The notes under the pieces were generated by a model. The model saw only the letters and a program-made list of their open reading frames with translations. It was not told the origin of the DNA and did not search any database. DNA of 64,000 nt from Glycera tridactyla (taxonomy: Eukaryota): assembly GCA_965644265.1 (NCBI GenBank), contig OZ286462.1, positions 38,378,001 through 38,442,000 on the forward strand, read 5' to 3'. This document shows positions 14,692 through 26,560 of this stretch, in pieces; position 1 is the first letter of the stretch, and every line of letters begins with the position of its first letter. Position numbers and translations under genes: made by a program.

Positions 14692-14868
14692 CAGTGAAAC
14701 CTGTGATGAGAGATCACCCTAAATGACACCAAGAAGCAGTCTCTGAAAAGAGGTGGTCTCGCGTCGGAGGTATAATTGAATATGTCAAATAGAAATGCTG
14801 CCCTGGAAATGTGGTCTCTCATCAGGGGTGGTGTCTCGTCAGGGGGTCTCTCCTCCCAGGTTTCACTG
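14692..14868. mobile_element. TA-flanked CAGT-TIR MITE, subfamily 2
   Basis: TA|CAGTGAAACCTG...CAGGTTTCACTG|TA; core shared with 16346 and 36507. Confidence 0.88.
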
Positions 14869-15359
14869 TATATAATATAGCAGGCAGGTGGTCTTTGTAA
14901 CAGGTTCAACTGTACTCAGTAAAACATCGTGGAATATTTCACAGTACTTGTCATGAGTGTGATAATCTCCTTCCCACTAAAAGATTCCTATGACAGTACA
15001 AACTTTCACAGTATTCAAATATGCATGAGATTTTCGAATGGCTGCTCTGGATTTGATAAGCAAAGCACCAGGATGGCAGCAGTTAATGAAGCATGGATGA
15101 AGATCATGTTTATCAACATGTAAACAAGCTCTCTCATACAGAGAATAAATCACTCAACTTTGAGATATTACATGTCAAGTACACTATCAGCTGAAGAAGG
15201 TCCTGTAAACATCTGTACTTGTGTCTGCGATTGACTTGCTTATACCCATGACATCTGCTATAAAAACACACCCCAGGCATACCATAATCTGGTCAACTCT
15301 CTTTCATCCATCGGAATGTATATCATTGGCAGAAGTGTACATTTGGTGATGGGAGAGAG

Positions 15360-15900
<541 letters not shown>

Positions 15901-16345
15901 TAGGCATCATTACTATCATGAGCTAACATATATGGCACAATTGAACAAAGACGTTCTTCAGTGAGCCATTGTATACACCTCCAAAACAAAGGAAAATACA
16001 AGGTGGTTGACATTCTGATGTCATTTGGTCGTCTCATGATGAGGGTTAAATAGGTAATAAGTGCAGGTATTCGGTGGTGCCTCTGGCGAACTGACATGTG
16101 CGAGGAACATGCTCTGGATCTCTGCCATAAATAACTGACCCTGTCATGTGGCCTGCCTCCGGGCTTCCCAACTCCTCCCCCAACTACCTCACCCATTTAC
16201 ACCCATTTCTCTTTTCAGTAAATTAATCAATCATCACTCAATCAATCAATTATATGATGGGTTGACAGACTATGTGAGCAAGTTCAATGAGTGCAATCTG
16301 TCAAAATATAGGACATCATTTGGTAACTTAATTTTCCTGCCAGTA

Positions 16346-16523
16346 CAGTAAAACCTGTCTTGGAAGGCTGCCCAAAATGCCAATGAAAAGTGGTCTCTCA
16401 AGACAGGTGGTCTCTCATTGGAGGTATATTTGACTATGTCGAATAGAGAAGAGCTGATAAAGAGTGGTCTCCCATTAGAGGGTGGTCTCCCAAAAGAGGG
16501 GTCTCCCAAGACAGGTTTCACAG
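16346..16523. mobile_element. TA-flanked CAGT-TIR MITE, subfamily 2
   Basis: TA|CAGTAAAACCTGTCTTGG...CCAAGACAGGTTTCACAG|TA; repeated GGTGGTCTC subterminal motifs. Confidence 0.85.
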
Positions 16524-17049
16524 TACTATGAATGTATTCCATACTGCCCTATCTTGTGTATGACTGAATTTATATCCCTAATTCAATGGCAGTCCTTTTC
16601 ATATCATTCCTTCCAGAATATTAGAAGTGTGAGAACACATGGATTGCTCATTTCCTAGAGTCATACCTGACCTAAGTAGCGGATGTACCAATCCATGAAT
16701 TGACTTAAATGTCATTTCCCAACAGAGATTTTCTCACTCTCTCTCTCAGGGTGAGAAGATATTCAGTAGCCTCCAACCTACTGGGTGGATTTTCAGGGTG
16801 GATAGCTAAAATTCTTATTTACCTGCCTCAGGCACTGGTGGAAAATGTGGATAAATGCACAAAACATATAATGTTGGCAGGCTGAATTTCAAAGGGGCAG
16901 GTAGATTCTAGTTCTACCTGCAAAATGGAAAGGTAGATTATCACATGGATGTGACATTTTCAGTGAAGTATCAGGTGTTGAGTATTGCGTTTGATACTTC
17001 CCAGCTAGGCGAGAACTACCTCCTGATAATTACTCCCCTGATCCATGTG

Positions 17050-17209
17050 ATATAAGCAAGAATATATGGTCGTGAGGTAAAAACACAATACCAAACTCGT
17101 TTGAATTTTGTTGGATGTCACTCGGCCTCCTGCCTCGAGACATCTGGCAAAATTCACACCGCATTTGTTAGTGCGTTTTTACTTCACAGCCATATTATTC
17201 TTGCAATAT
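17050..17209. repeat. ~160-bp imperfect foldback (palindromic) element
   Basis: Left arm ATATAAGCAAGAATATATGGTCGTGAGGTAAAAACAC..TGAATTTTGTTGGATGTC pairs with right arm GACATCTGGCAAAATTCA..GCGTTTTTACTTCACAGCCATATTATTCTTGCAATAT around the apex CTCGGCCTCCTGCCTCGAG. Confidence 0.8.
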
Positions 17210-17789
17210 TTTTTCGTAGCTCCTTGACACTTTCATCACAATTTTAACCTACTTTGTCGGATAAAAAGATCTGCCTTGAGAACGCGGAGGAGTCTCTCAC
17301 AAGGGATCTCCCATCATCCCAGGTTCCACTGCACATATTCACCCACCCTCAGCATCCACCTGTCTTGAGCAGCCACTTTCTGACCTTCTGAAGCATAGCC
17401 GCTCAAGAAAAATCAACCTAAGTGAATCATCATATCCTAGTTCAGTAAATTTTTGATGAGGTCAGTGATTTTCTGTTGCCGATCATGCATGAGGGCTGTC
17501 TAATGGAGAGGGCCCTCCCCTGAAGTGGTGAGTGATATTCCCTCTGAGGTTTCACAATACACTTCGCATCTTTGATAACATGAATGGATGTGATGACCTC
17601 TTCCAAAGTAAATGATTCACTGCCAATTTGCATGATTCGCACATCATCTACAATCACCTCAGCAGTGACAAGAATGATAGAAAGGTAAGCTAAATCCATA
17701 ATCCTTTGCGGGAGAATGAGAATCTAGAAGAGAGGCAATGGAAAATCCTCAGCAAATTCATTCACACTGGTGTAGGTGATGGTCGTCTT

Positions 17790-18369
17790 TTAAATATTTT
17801 TGTTGCAACTCATCCACTTCAAAATTGTGACGGAACTCTCAATACAGAAAGCAACTTCAGGTCCTATATAGACCTGCAAAGGCAGAGCATGCGTGGGCGA
17901 GTACATATTTTTCTACATTTTTATCTCATCTATTACATACTTCTCAGGAGTGAATCATGGTGGATCTTACTTATTAGTTTACTCAGACTGCGGGCACACA
18001 ATCACACGGAGGAAATCCAATACGAGCTGATTTACCTACCTGACAGAAGGCTGCCAATAAATCCTTATGAGCAATGACTGTGAAGGAGGTGTTTATTCCA
18101 TGGAGGTGTGCCGAGAGTAATGTCCTTTGATTTATAATATCCCCGTGAATCAGTCTGCAACAGAAGAAAATCAGGCCATAATGTATCGGCTTCGATGTTA
18201 CGTGAGTGGGTTACAGCGTCATATTTTTGCTTCGATGTTACGTGAGTGGGATACATGGTCATATTCTTCGGGACCTAGAGAAATCCTCATAATTGCCTGT
18301 AGAAAATATATCATAGTGAACCTGCAATGAGAAACTGCCCTAACTTACATTGAGAACAGAAGGTCTCCC
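17790..18369 (-). CDS. Candidate spliced 3' coding end of an unidentified gene (exons 18369-18349, 18154-18040, 17873-17790)
   Basis: Acceptors TTTTTTTTTCAATTCACAG, TTTTCTTCTGTTGCAG and CTCTGCCTTTGCAG; donors AAT|GTAAGT and CAG|GTAGGT. Phases are compatible and give GDLLFSILIHGDIINQRTLLSAHLHGINTSFTVIAHKDLLAAFCQVYIGPEVAFCIESSVTILKWMSCNKNI*. No family recognised; could be chance. Confidence 0.25.
18189..18268. repeat. 40-bp tandem duplication
   Basis: GCTTCGATGTTACGTGAGTGGG.TACA..GTCATATT occurs twice. Confidence 0.85.
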
Positions 18370-19891
18370 CTGTGAATTGAAAAAAAAAAGCAAAGCTTCC
18401 AGTGGTATTTTAGAGAAGGTGGTTTCTAGATGAGGTATCTCACCACAGATCCTGCTGAAGTATGCAATAGAAAGCGGGATATAGCATGTTGGCAAACCTT
18501 GAAATTCGGATCAGAATGTGATATGCTTTGTTATCGGAAAATGAGTGATTTCACGAGATGCACTTGACTCTAATAGAGTTAATTCTAATTCATATACCGA
18601 TGACGATGTCAATTTGTAACTTGATATCCATAAAACTGCACCTTTACAGCTCATAGGAGTGAACATGTTTGATGTTGCTCACAAACTTTCGCACTCGGTC
18701 ATAAAAGTGATTGTAATGCATTTTACTGCTGGCACATTTAAAACCCTGTTGGAAAATGTACCAGGCTCTGAGGAGTACACAATGTAGCCTTTCGTGAGGA
18801 GTAACACATACATTCTCACATTTCTGAATCAAAATTATAATCAAATTATAAACAGTTAACCCCCAGTCCACAGATAGTGAGAAGTACTGAGATTACCTCT
18901 GTATACACATGGCTCTAGTTGCCAGAGTTTCATCAGGTTGAGCTCAAATGATGGACATAAGGACAAAGAAAGCCATCAAAAGTGGCATGCATTAGCTAAG
19001 AGGTTTCACACCATAAAGACATAGTTGATTGACCTGGTCAATTTCAGGTATCTGAAAGTATTCCAAACTCACAAACTCAATATCCTCAATTTCCCCCAAA
19101 ACTTCAAAGGTATAGATAGACAGATGACTAGACAAAACAGAAGAAACAGACCAATTGTGTCATCACAGACTGGCATTTGATCCACCCGCAAGCAGACAAT
19201 AGGATGGTAAACTCACTAACTCTATCTAAAAGTCAACAACTTTGAAGATGCCTGCTGGTGAAAGGTGAAAAGTAAAGTCATGCAATACACTTATAAAACC
19301 ACTGAGAGTCAAAAGTCTGAGCGGGATCTATGAGAACATATTTTGTTGAAAGTAAAAACTGGATCACGTCCAACTTTTTCTTCGAAAACATGTGTACAAT
19401 GACCAGTCACGACAATTATCCCAGTTATTTTGTCAACTTTTTGTATGATCTAATGTGTTTAATTGGATGATTGTACCCTGCTTTCAATGAACTGATTGCG
19501 AAGGTGTTCTGAATGAAGAGGACCAAGTCACGAGTATAAGAGTGGCAGTCATACTAATATAAGAGAGTGGGAGTCACGAGCATAACAAGAGTGGAAGACA
19601 GCAATAGCTGAATGATGTAGACCCCTACTTCCCGATGTCATTTCCTGACATAATTCTATCACGAATTGGGGCGAGTCATGAAAATCCACCAGTCACCTGA
19701 TCAACATACTGATTAGTCAGTCATGCAGTCAGATGATTAATCTAGATTTAGCTAGAATGATGGCATCCTGATTCTGATCAGACATTCACTCAAGAATGTT
19801 GAAAAACCAATAAACATACCAATCAATCAATCAATCCATCATATGAATCAATCATTCAGTCAATCTTCACGCTAGGTGGAGAGATATCTTA

Positions 19892-20063
19892 NNNNNNNNN
19901 NNNNNNNNNNNNNNNNNNNNNNNNNNNNNNNNNNNNNNNNNNNNNNNNNNNNNNNNNNNNNNNNNNNNNNNNNNNNNNNNNNNNNNNNNNNNNNNNNNNN
20001 NNNNNNNNNNNNNNNNNNNNNNNNNNNNNNNNNNNNNNNNNNNNNNNNNNNNNNNNNNNNNNN
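19892..20063. other. Assembly gap (others at 29338-29474, 38044-38176, 43383-43519, 43554-43707, 63490-63842)
   Basis: Runs of N. Confidence 0.99.
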
Positions 20064-20173
20064 AAGGATGGATGAAAAGAAAGGATTCAATCAATCCACA
20101 TCATGGCTGAAAACACATTTCATCTCCACTAGAAATATGAATCAATCAACAAATGAACAACTGGATGTATAGA

Positions 20174-20238
20174 TGAATGAATGAATGAATGAATGAATGA
20201 ATGAATGAATGAATGAATAAATCTCATTATGAATGAAT
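20174..20238. repeat. (TGAA)n microsatellite
   Basis: Directly visible, close to an assembly gap. Confidence 0.95.
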
Positions 20239-22749
20239 GGAAAAATCAATCAGACAGTCAATCATCCCAGATAGAAACATATTGCGCTGTCTACTTTCAC
20301 TAAATTTAGACATCTCGGGAAACATGTCCTTAGAATGAACCCAGCAGAGCCCTACTCCAAGGACATATTCTGCAGTGATCAGCATTCTATCCATGCAAGC
20401 AGTGTGTCACAATAGTAACATCGCAGGCCTCTATCATGTCATAGAAAGGATTAAGGAGTAGCGCAAGCCGTGCATGCAGCGTGAGATGACCCGATGAATG
20501 GGTGTCAGTGGCAAATCCGGGGCATCATCCGACCTGGAACATTGTTCTACATGCTGGATGTGATAGCTTTATTTAGGAACAATTCCATCACACTTCACAC
20601 CCAGTCTTTTCATCATAGCTTGAACCAAATCTTATCAGAATCAACCCATAAAAGACCCAGATATAAAGAAATATAAAACTGAGTGGCATCCTCTCCGCAG
20701 GAACCCCTCTGAAGCAAGATTATTTACAACAAATATTGTTATTTTCCTCAAATTATCAACCTGACCCCAAAATGATTCACTGTGTTCAGTCCCTCAGATC
20801 TGAGAGTAACGATATCTTGGAAAAAAAATTGCTGGCAAAATGGTATTGTGTGATACATGTGAATGTTTTCAGGTGATCACAAATTGATGCATACTCGTGA
20901 CAGGGAGCTGTGATTTTTTTCCGATTCAAATTGCAATGACACTGTGATTATATACCTCATGATCAAGCATAAAAACATAATTGCGAATTTCCTGCTTGTA
21001 CAAGAGGGAGCATGAGTGACAAACTAATTGTAGGGAGCATGCATGTCTGAAGCTACTAAGTTGGCGAAAAAAATGGAATATAACGAATGGACTCCCGGGA
21101 CAAACCTGAGCCACCTGCATTCAAGCAAAGTGAATCTGTTAAGGACTGACATGAACAGTCATGCATATTTCACTCTCATCAGCAACCAGCAGTGACTTGA
21201 AATGATGAAACTCAAAGATCTGCCCTGCCGATGACTCTGGCAACTATAAAATCATCACAAATGATAGCAATGGTTCCGTATTTTCAACCACTACTTGCCA
21301 GCCATGTGACTTGCATGCAATATTCACCGTCAGTACGGTGGCAGTCATCTTGTTTATTGGCAGTTATCACGGAAGCAACATCTAGCATGGTGACAAACTA
21401 TTATGGCTTACACTGTGCAGATTTTCATTCCGATAGATCTGATGATTTGAGTGCAATTTCCTTTATATGTCAATGAAAAATGACAGCAGGATGGATTAAC
21501 GCTGAAATGTCTCCTTAACAAAAAGGTGAGCAAAGGTTCTCCAGTCAATAGGAACTTGATCTGAGAGAAACTTGAAATGGCTGGACAGCAAATGGGATGA
21601 ACCCTTTTTGTATGAAATGTCTATAGAAGCCATGTACATTCTAATACATGTGAAACAAAACTAGGTTAGGTGATTGCTTCTCAAGAAAAACAACTGCAAC
21701 TTCCATCCCATCATTTAATTGAAGAGAAAGCTGCATAAACTGCATAGCAAACAGGATGTACCTCAATGTCTTAATTGACTATAGAAGCCCTGCAAATCCT
21801 TTTTACAATGCAAATTGAGGTAAAAGGTTCGGTGATCATCTGAATGACTTTTGACAAAAAAAAAGAACAGCAAAGTCCATCCCATTGAAATGAACCTTAC
21901 CCGAGAGAAACTTCCAAAGGCTGTACAGCATATCAGATGTGTGGAATTACCATAGCGAAAAATGGCACTATGTATGAGGCGAAAGAAAGTGATAAAATCG
22001 TGTAGTTGGAGCCTGTTCAGATCAATCATAGGGCAAAGAACCATGGCAGGATGTGCAAAAAGTTGGTTCCCAGTACAAGTCATGCGTAAGACGAATATGA
22101 CTATACTGCTGTGACAAGAAAGCATATATTTCTGGGTGTATATAACAAGCAAAATGACCTTGAGGCATATGCCACAATTGTAGCAGCTCGCCTTTCTCTG
22201 ATTATGCAGATTTACAAGCTATAAAGTCGTAGTTTCTGGCAAGCAGTGAGGCACTCCAAGTGAGGTAGTCGAGTCACTGATCTCGAGATCAATAAACATG
22301 CAGTTCCATGTCCTACTCTACCAATTAGACTCTGATTCACAAGCAATAAAGAAGCAGTTGTTGGCCATGTAACCATGGCATCAAGAATACTTTGTGTCGT
22401 CAGCTGAGCTCAAGGCATTTCTTGGTTCCCATGAACTCTGACCTCATTCCATACTAGCAACATCTTAAATCGAATCTGAATTGATGCTGAAGAATTCACC
22501 TGACTTGCTCAGTTACACAATTGCTGAGATGTGCCAGCCAAGGAAGATGTATGTTCACGCCATATTTTTGGGAGTATAGATATCTCTAAGAAGTATCTGC
22601 TACTTGGGTAGGTAAGCATGGCATTGCCCCAAATCATATTTTACTTACTAAAGGCAAATGCATGACACTTAATGTCAAGCCTAGCATTGGAATGGTGGTA
22701 GTATTACAGCGAAACGTTTGAGCGAATGGAGTCCGCAAGGAGAATATGA

Positions 22750-23075
22750 GATATTGAGACAGACGGACAGATAAACTGTCAGACAATCAAACAGACTGTC
22801 AGAGAGATGACTTGACAGACAGATGGATGGATGAATGGATGGATGGAGGGACAAACAGACAGAAAGATGGGGAGACAGACAGACAGATAGACAGAAAACA
22901 CAAACCAACAGACATAGACATGTGAGATGATACCAGCATCCAGTGAGACACAAAGGTCAATGGCGGTACAGAGAGTGGTATCAGTGCATGGGAGTGGATT
23001 TAACTCACAAATACTTCTGACTTACTAAGACTACAATAAGCCCATGGCTTAACCACTCTGTAATTAACCTAGCTG
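22750..23075 (-). mobile_element. Degenerate tRNA-derived SINE with microsatellite tail
   Basis: On the minus strand, A-box-like AGAGTGGTTAAG (23059-23048) and B-box-like GTGAGTTAAATCC (23008-22996), then a unique body, then a (TCTG/TCCA)n tail at ~22920-22750. Confidence 0.5.
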
Positions 23076-23569
23076 TATGTCCACTATAGAGTCCATTCCT
23101 GAGCTGGTAACAATCTCACCTGAGGACAATCCTGAGCTGATTGTATCTTTCCCATGACTACTTTTACTATATATGTCAGCTGATGGGAAGAAAATGTGCC
23201 ATTGTACATTTAATTCACATATCTCCTGAGAAATCAGTCAGCTTTGAATAGCCTATCATCTTGAACTCACAGCAGCTGAAGCCCTATTAATAGTGGTAAA
23301 GGTGTGAAGACTCATTTAATAATAATAGTCTTTTATTTTGCTTCGAGTGTACATAATACAACACATTATAAGAGGAACAATGTGAGAAAAGTACTTGGGA
23401 CATCTCGAGGATGCAATCACCCAATTCGAAGGTTCTCACTCTGTCGCTATTGTCAATTCAATCTTTCCCGCAAGGGTTTGTCCCTGGTTCAACACCAATT
23501 CAAAAAGCAAGTAGGTCTGTGATTAATTCAGGAATGCTCGGTAATTGATGCCATTAGCAAATGTTTCTC

Positions 23570-26560
23570 TCAGGATCTCACCCAATCGAACAGTGCAAAT
23601 TTAAAAGAATTTAGGTCATCCATTTCTTTCAGATTTTGTGGTAATCTGTTCCAGGTAAAAGGACCTCGTGCGGAGAAAGATTGCATTCCAGCGTTAGTTC
23701 TGCTTCTTGGTACAACAACATTTCCCTGAGCAACACCTCTGGTTCTACGTCCATGTTGAAGATACAATGGAGTTATAATTTCTTGCAAATAAATTGGTGA
23801 TAGGTTTTTCACACATTTGAAGACAAATATACAATCATGAAATAATCTTCTTTCTGCAAGACTCAAGAGGCCCAGCTTTTTATGCATTGAGGCTGTGTTT
23901 GTTAGCCTATCAGCCAGCAAAACAATTCGGCAGGCCGAGTTTTGGATCCTTTGAACTTTCATTAATGAATTTTGATTTGCAATTCCGTATAAAATATCGC
24001 CATAGTCTATCACTGGTAAGATTAATGACTTGTATAATTTCAAGGCAGTTTCTTGTTTCATGTATTTCCGTACTCGCCCCAATGCATATAGCTTGCCTTT
24101 TGATTTGTTACATAATTTTTCAATATGATTGTCAAAACTTAGCAGTTTATCGAGGTATAAACCCAGATATTTCATATGTTCAACCTGTTCCAATTGCGTA
24201 TTGCCTATATGAAGATCAAGCTGGCCTTGGTAAAAAAGCCGCATTCTAGTAAAAAGCATGGTAGTTGTTTTCTGAGCATTTAACGATAAACGATTGACAA
24301 CAAGCCAGTTTTCCATCAATTCCAGGTCTTCTTGCAATTTTAGATTTATATCTTCAGTGGTAGTGCTTTCGTAGTAGATTGCAGTATCATCCGCATACAT
24401 TGCGATTTTGGAATTCAATAGTACCTTCGGCAGGTCATTAAGGTAGATCACAAATAACAGAGGTCCCAAAATGGAACCTTGTGGGACTCCACAGTTTATT
24501 AACATTCTATCTGAGAGTTTGTCTCTGAATGTCGTTCTTTGATGTCGATTGGTCAGATAGCTATTTATCCAGCCTGTGACACTGTCGTCCATGCCATACT
24601 CCGCAAGCTTCTTACAGAGCAGGGCATGGTCGACAGTGTCAAAAGCCTTCTTCAGGTCGAGAAATACAGCACCAACACTAGAACCTCTATCCATTGCACT
24701 TAAAATGTCATTCGTTACAGATATTGCACAGGTAGTAGTGGAATGATTCTTTCTGAACCCACTTTGGGATGGATGGAAGAGATTATGATCAGTCATAAAA
24801 GCATATATCTGGTCATGCACGAATCTTTCTAAAATTTTACCTAAGATGGGTAAGACTGAAATCGGACGATAATTAGAAGGAGAATTTCTGTCACCATCCT
24901 TAAACAAGGGGGTGACTTTTGCTTCCTTCCATTCCTCAGGAAACACACTTGTACCAATAGACAGATTCATGATATAGGCAATTGCATTAGACACAAACTC
25001 ACTGCTATCTCTAAGTAGTTGGGCGTGCAAATTGTCAAGGCCTGTTGCTTTTGAGCAGGAAAGTGTAGATAATGCTTTCAGTACAGAACTGGTTTCTATC
25101 TGGTGCAATTCAAATGACAGATCTAGATTGTCTATTTCAGGGATCAGTCTTCTGTCACCAGTTGGCAGCATATCTGCTAATCTTGGACCTATACTTACAA
25201 AGTGCTGGTTTAGTGCGTTCGCAATGTCAGTATTGTCAGACTTGTCACAAATTATTGTCTTGGGCATATCAGTTGATTTATTATTAGGTAAAATATTCCG
25301 TATAACTCTCCATAAATTCTTGCTGTCAGTTCTAAATCGATCTATTTGATTTTGGACATATTCCTTCTTAAGATTTCGATTCAGCATGTTTGCGTAATTT
25401 CTTGCCCTTTTTGCTCTAATTTCGTCGTCTCTGCTCTTAGTCTGCTTAAAAATTCTATACAAGTAGTCCCGTTGGTCACTTGCAGAGAAGTACTCATGAG
25501 TCAGCCAAGGGGGTAGGTTACCCTTAATCTTGATCTTTTTGTATGGGGCATGTTTGTCACAAATGGGTAAAAACATATCCTTAAAAATAGACCAAGCTTC
25601 ATTTGGATCAGACTGCTCTAGTATGGTATTCCAGTTTGTGTTCCGAAGATCTTCACAGAAACTGGTTTTATCATATTTGTTAAAACTCCGGGCGTGAATG
25701 AATTTAGTCTCGCCCTTGGGTTTGGTCAGCTTCCGGCTGTAAAAAATCAAATCATGGTCACTAATTCCGTGACGAAAATGGCCTGTTTGATTCATCACTT
25801 CGGGTCTATTTGAAAAAATTAGGTCTATACATGTAGAGGTATCTGCACTTATCCTGGTCGGGTTATTTAAGAAAGATTGCTGACCGCTTAGACCTGCCCA
25901 TCTCAGTAGAGATATTGTATCCCTTGCCTTTTTCTGAGTCAGATCAATGTTGAAATCCCCGATAAACTCTACTTCAGCATCTGGTTCATTCAGTGTGAAT
26001 TCTGTAAACTCTCCCATGTTGTCAAGGAAATTTCCCATATTCCCATTGGGTGGTCTATAGATACCTGTTATGAGTATTTTCCTGGTATGTGGCAGTACCA
26101 GCTGTATTCCCAGACTTTCGATATCACTATTGCTTTTGCTTAGTTCTGAAACTCTAGAGAAATTGTATTTTTCCTTAATAAACAGGCATACCCCACCACC
26201 TCTCTTGTCTATTCGATCATTTCTGAGTATGTTATAGTTTGATATTTTCAATTCTGCATCTGTGATATTTCCTGTTAACCAGCTTTCTGTGATAAACATC
26301 AAGTCAATGTCACTGTTGAGTAGTACGTGTCTTAAGTGGTCCAGCTTATTGAAAATACTACAAATGTTTAAATGGGCTATGGTGATTCCCTTCGCTCTAC
26401 TGATCTCTCTAAGATTTGTGACAGTTTTTTCGTTAGGTCCTGGATTCTTTTCGATGTCACCGCATAGATATAGAAGTTTCTGCAAAGTCAAATTGTCTGG
26501 AAAACAGATTTGGAGATACCCAACTAGGGTCATTTTAAACAGAAACGATGTCCTGTGCAT
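23570..26560 (-). CDS. LINE ORF2: 2A-like peptide, APE endonuclease, reverse transcriptase (996 aa from first ATG; frame open from GTG at 26611)
   Basis: APE motifs HLNICS, ITESWL, RNDRIDKRGGGV, YRPP, GDFNID, CIDLIFSN, SDHDLI. RT motifs YRPISVLPILGKILE, QSGFR, FLDLKKAFDTVDH, GVPQGSILGPLLF, YADD, YLGL. C-terminus FSARGPFTWNRLP is typical of CR1/L2-group elements. Confidence 0.97.
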   Translation of the reverse strand: MHRTSFLFKMTLVGYLQICFPDNLTLQKLLYLCGDIEKNPGPNEKTVTNLREISRAKGITIAHLNICSIFNKLDHLRHVLLNSDIDLMFITESWLTGNITDAELKISNYNILRNDRIDKRGGGVCLFIKEKYNFSRVSELSKSNSDIESLGIQLVLPHTRKILITGIYRPPNGNMGNFLDNMGEFTEFTLNEPDAEVEFIGDFNIDLTQKKARDTISLLRWAGLSGQQSFLNNPTRISADTSTCIDLIFSNRPEVMNQTGHFRHGISDHDLIFYSRKLTKPKGETKFIHARSFNKYDKTSFCEDLRNTNWNTILEQSDPNEAWSIFKDMFLPICDKHAPYKKIKIKGNLPPWLTHEYFSASDQRDYLYRIFKQTKSRDDEIRAKRARNYANMLNRNLKKEYVQNQIDRFRTDSKNLWRVIRNILPNNKSTDMPKTIICDKSDNTDIANALNQHFVSIGPRLADMLPTGDRRLIPEIDNLDLSFELHQIETSSVLKALSTLSCSKATGLDNLHAQLLRDSSEFVSNAIAYIMNLSIGTSVFPEEWKEAKVTPLFKDGDRNSPSNYRPISVLPILGKILERFVHDQIYAFMTDHNLFHPSQSGFRKNHSTTTCAISVTNDILSAMDRGSSVGAVFLDLKKAFDTVDHALLCKKLAEYGMDDSVTGWINSYLTNRHQRTTFRDKLSDRMLINCGVPQGSILGPLLFVIYLNDLPKVLLNSKIAMYADDTAIYYESTTTEDINLKLQEDLELMENWLVVNRLSLNAQKTTTMLFTRMRLFYQGQLDLHIGNTQLEQVEHMKYLGLYLDKLLSFDNHIEKLCNKSKGKLYALGRVRKYMKQETALKLYKSLILPVIDYGDILYGIANQNSLMKVQRIQNSACRIVLLADRLTNTASMHKKLGLLSLAERRLFHDCIFVFKCVKNLSPIYLQEIITPLYLQHGRRTRGVAQGNVVVPRSRTNAGMQSFSARGPFTWNRLPQNLKEMDDLNSFKFALFDWVRS
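26435..26500 (-). other. 2A-like (StopGo ribosome-skipping) motif at the ORF2 N-terminus
   Basis: LTLQKLLYLCGDIEKNPG|P matches D(V/I)ExNPGP (DIEKNPGP at 26458-26435) with the usual leucine-rich upstream helix. Confidence 0.85.
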
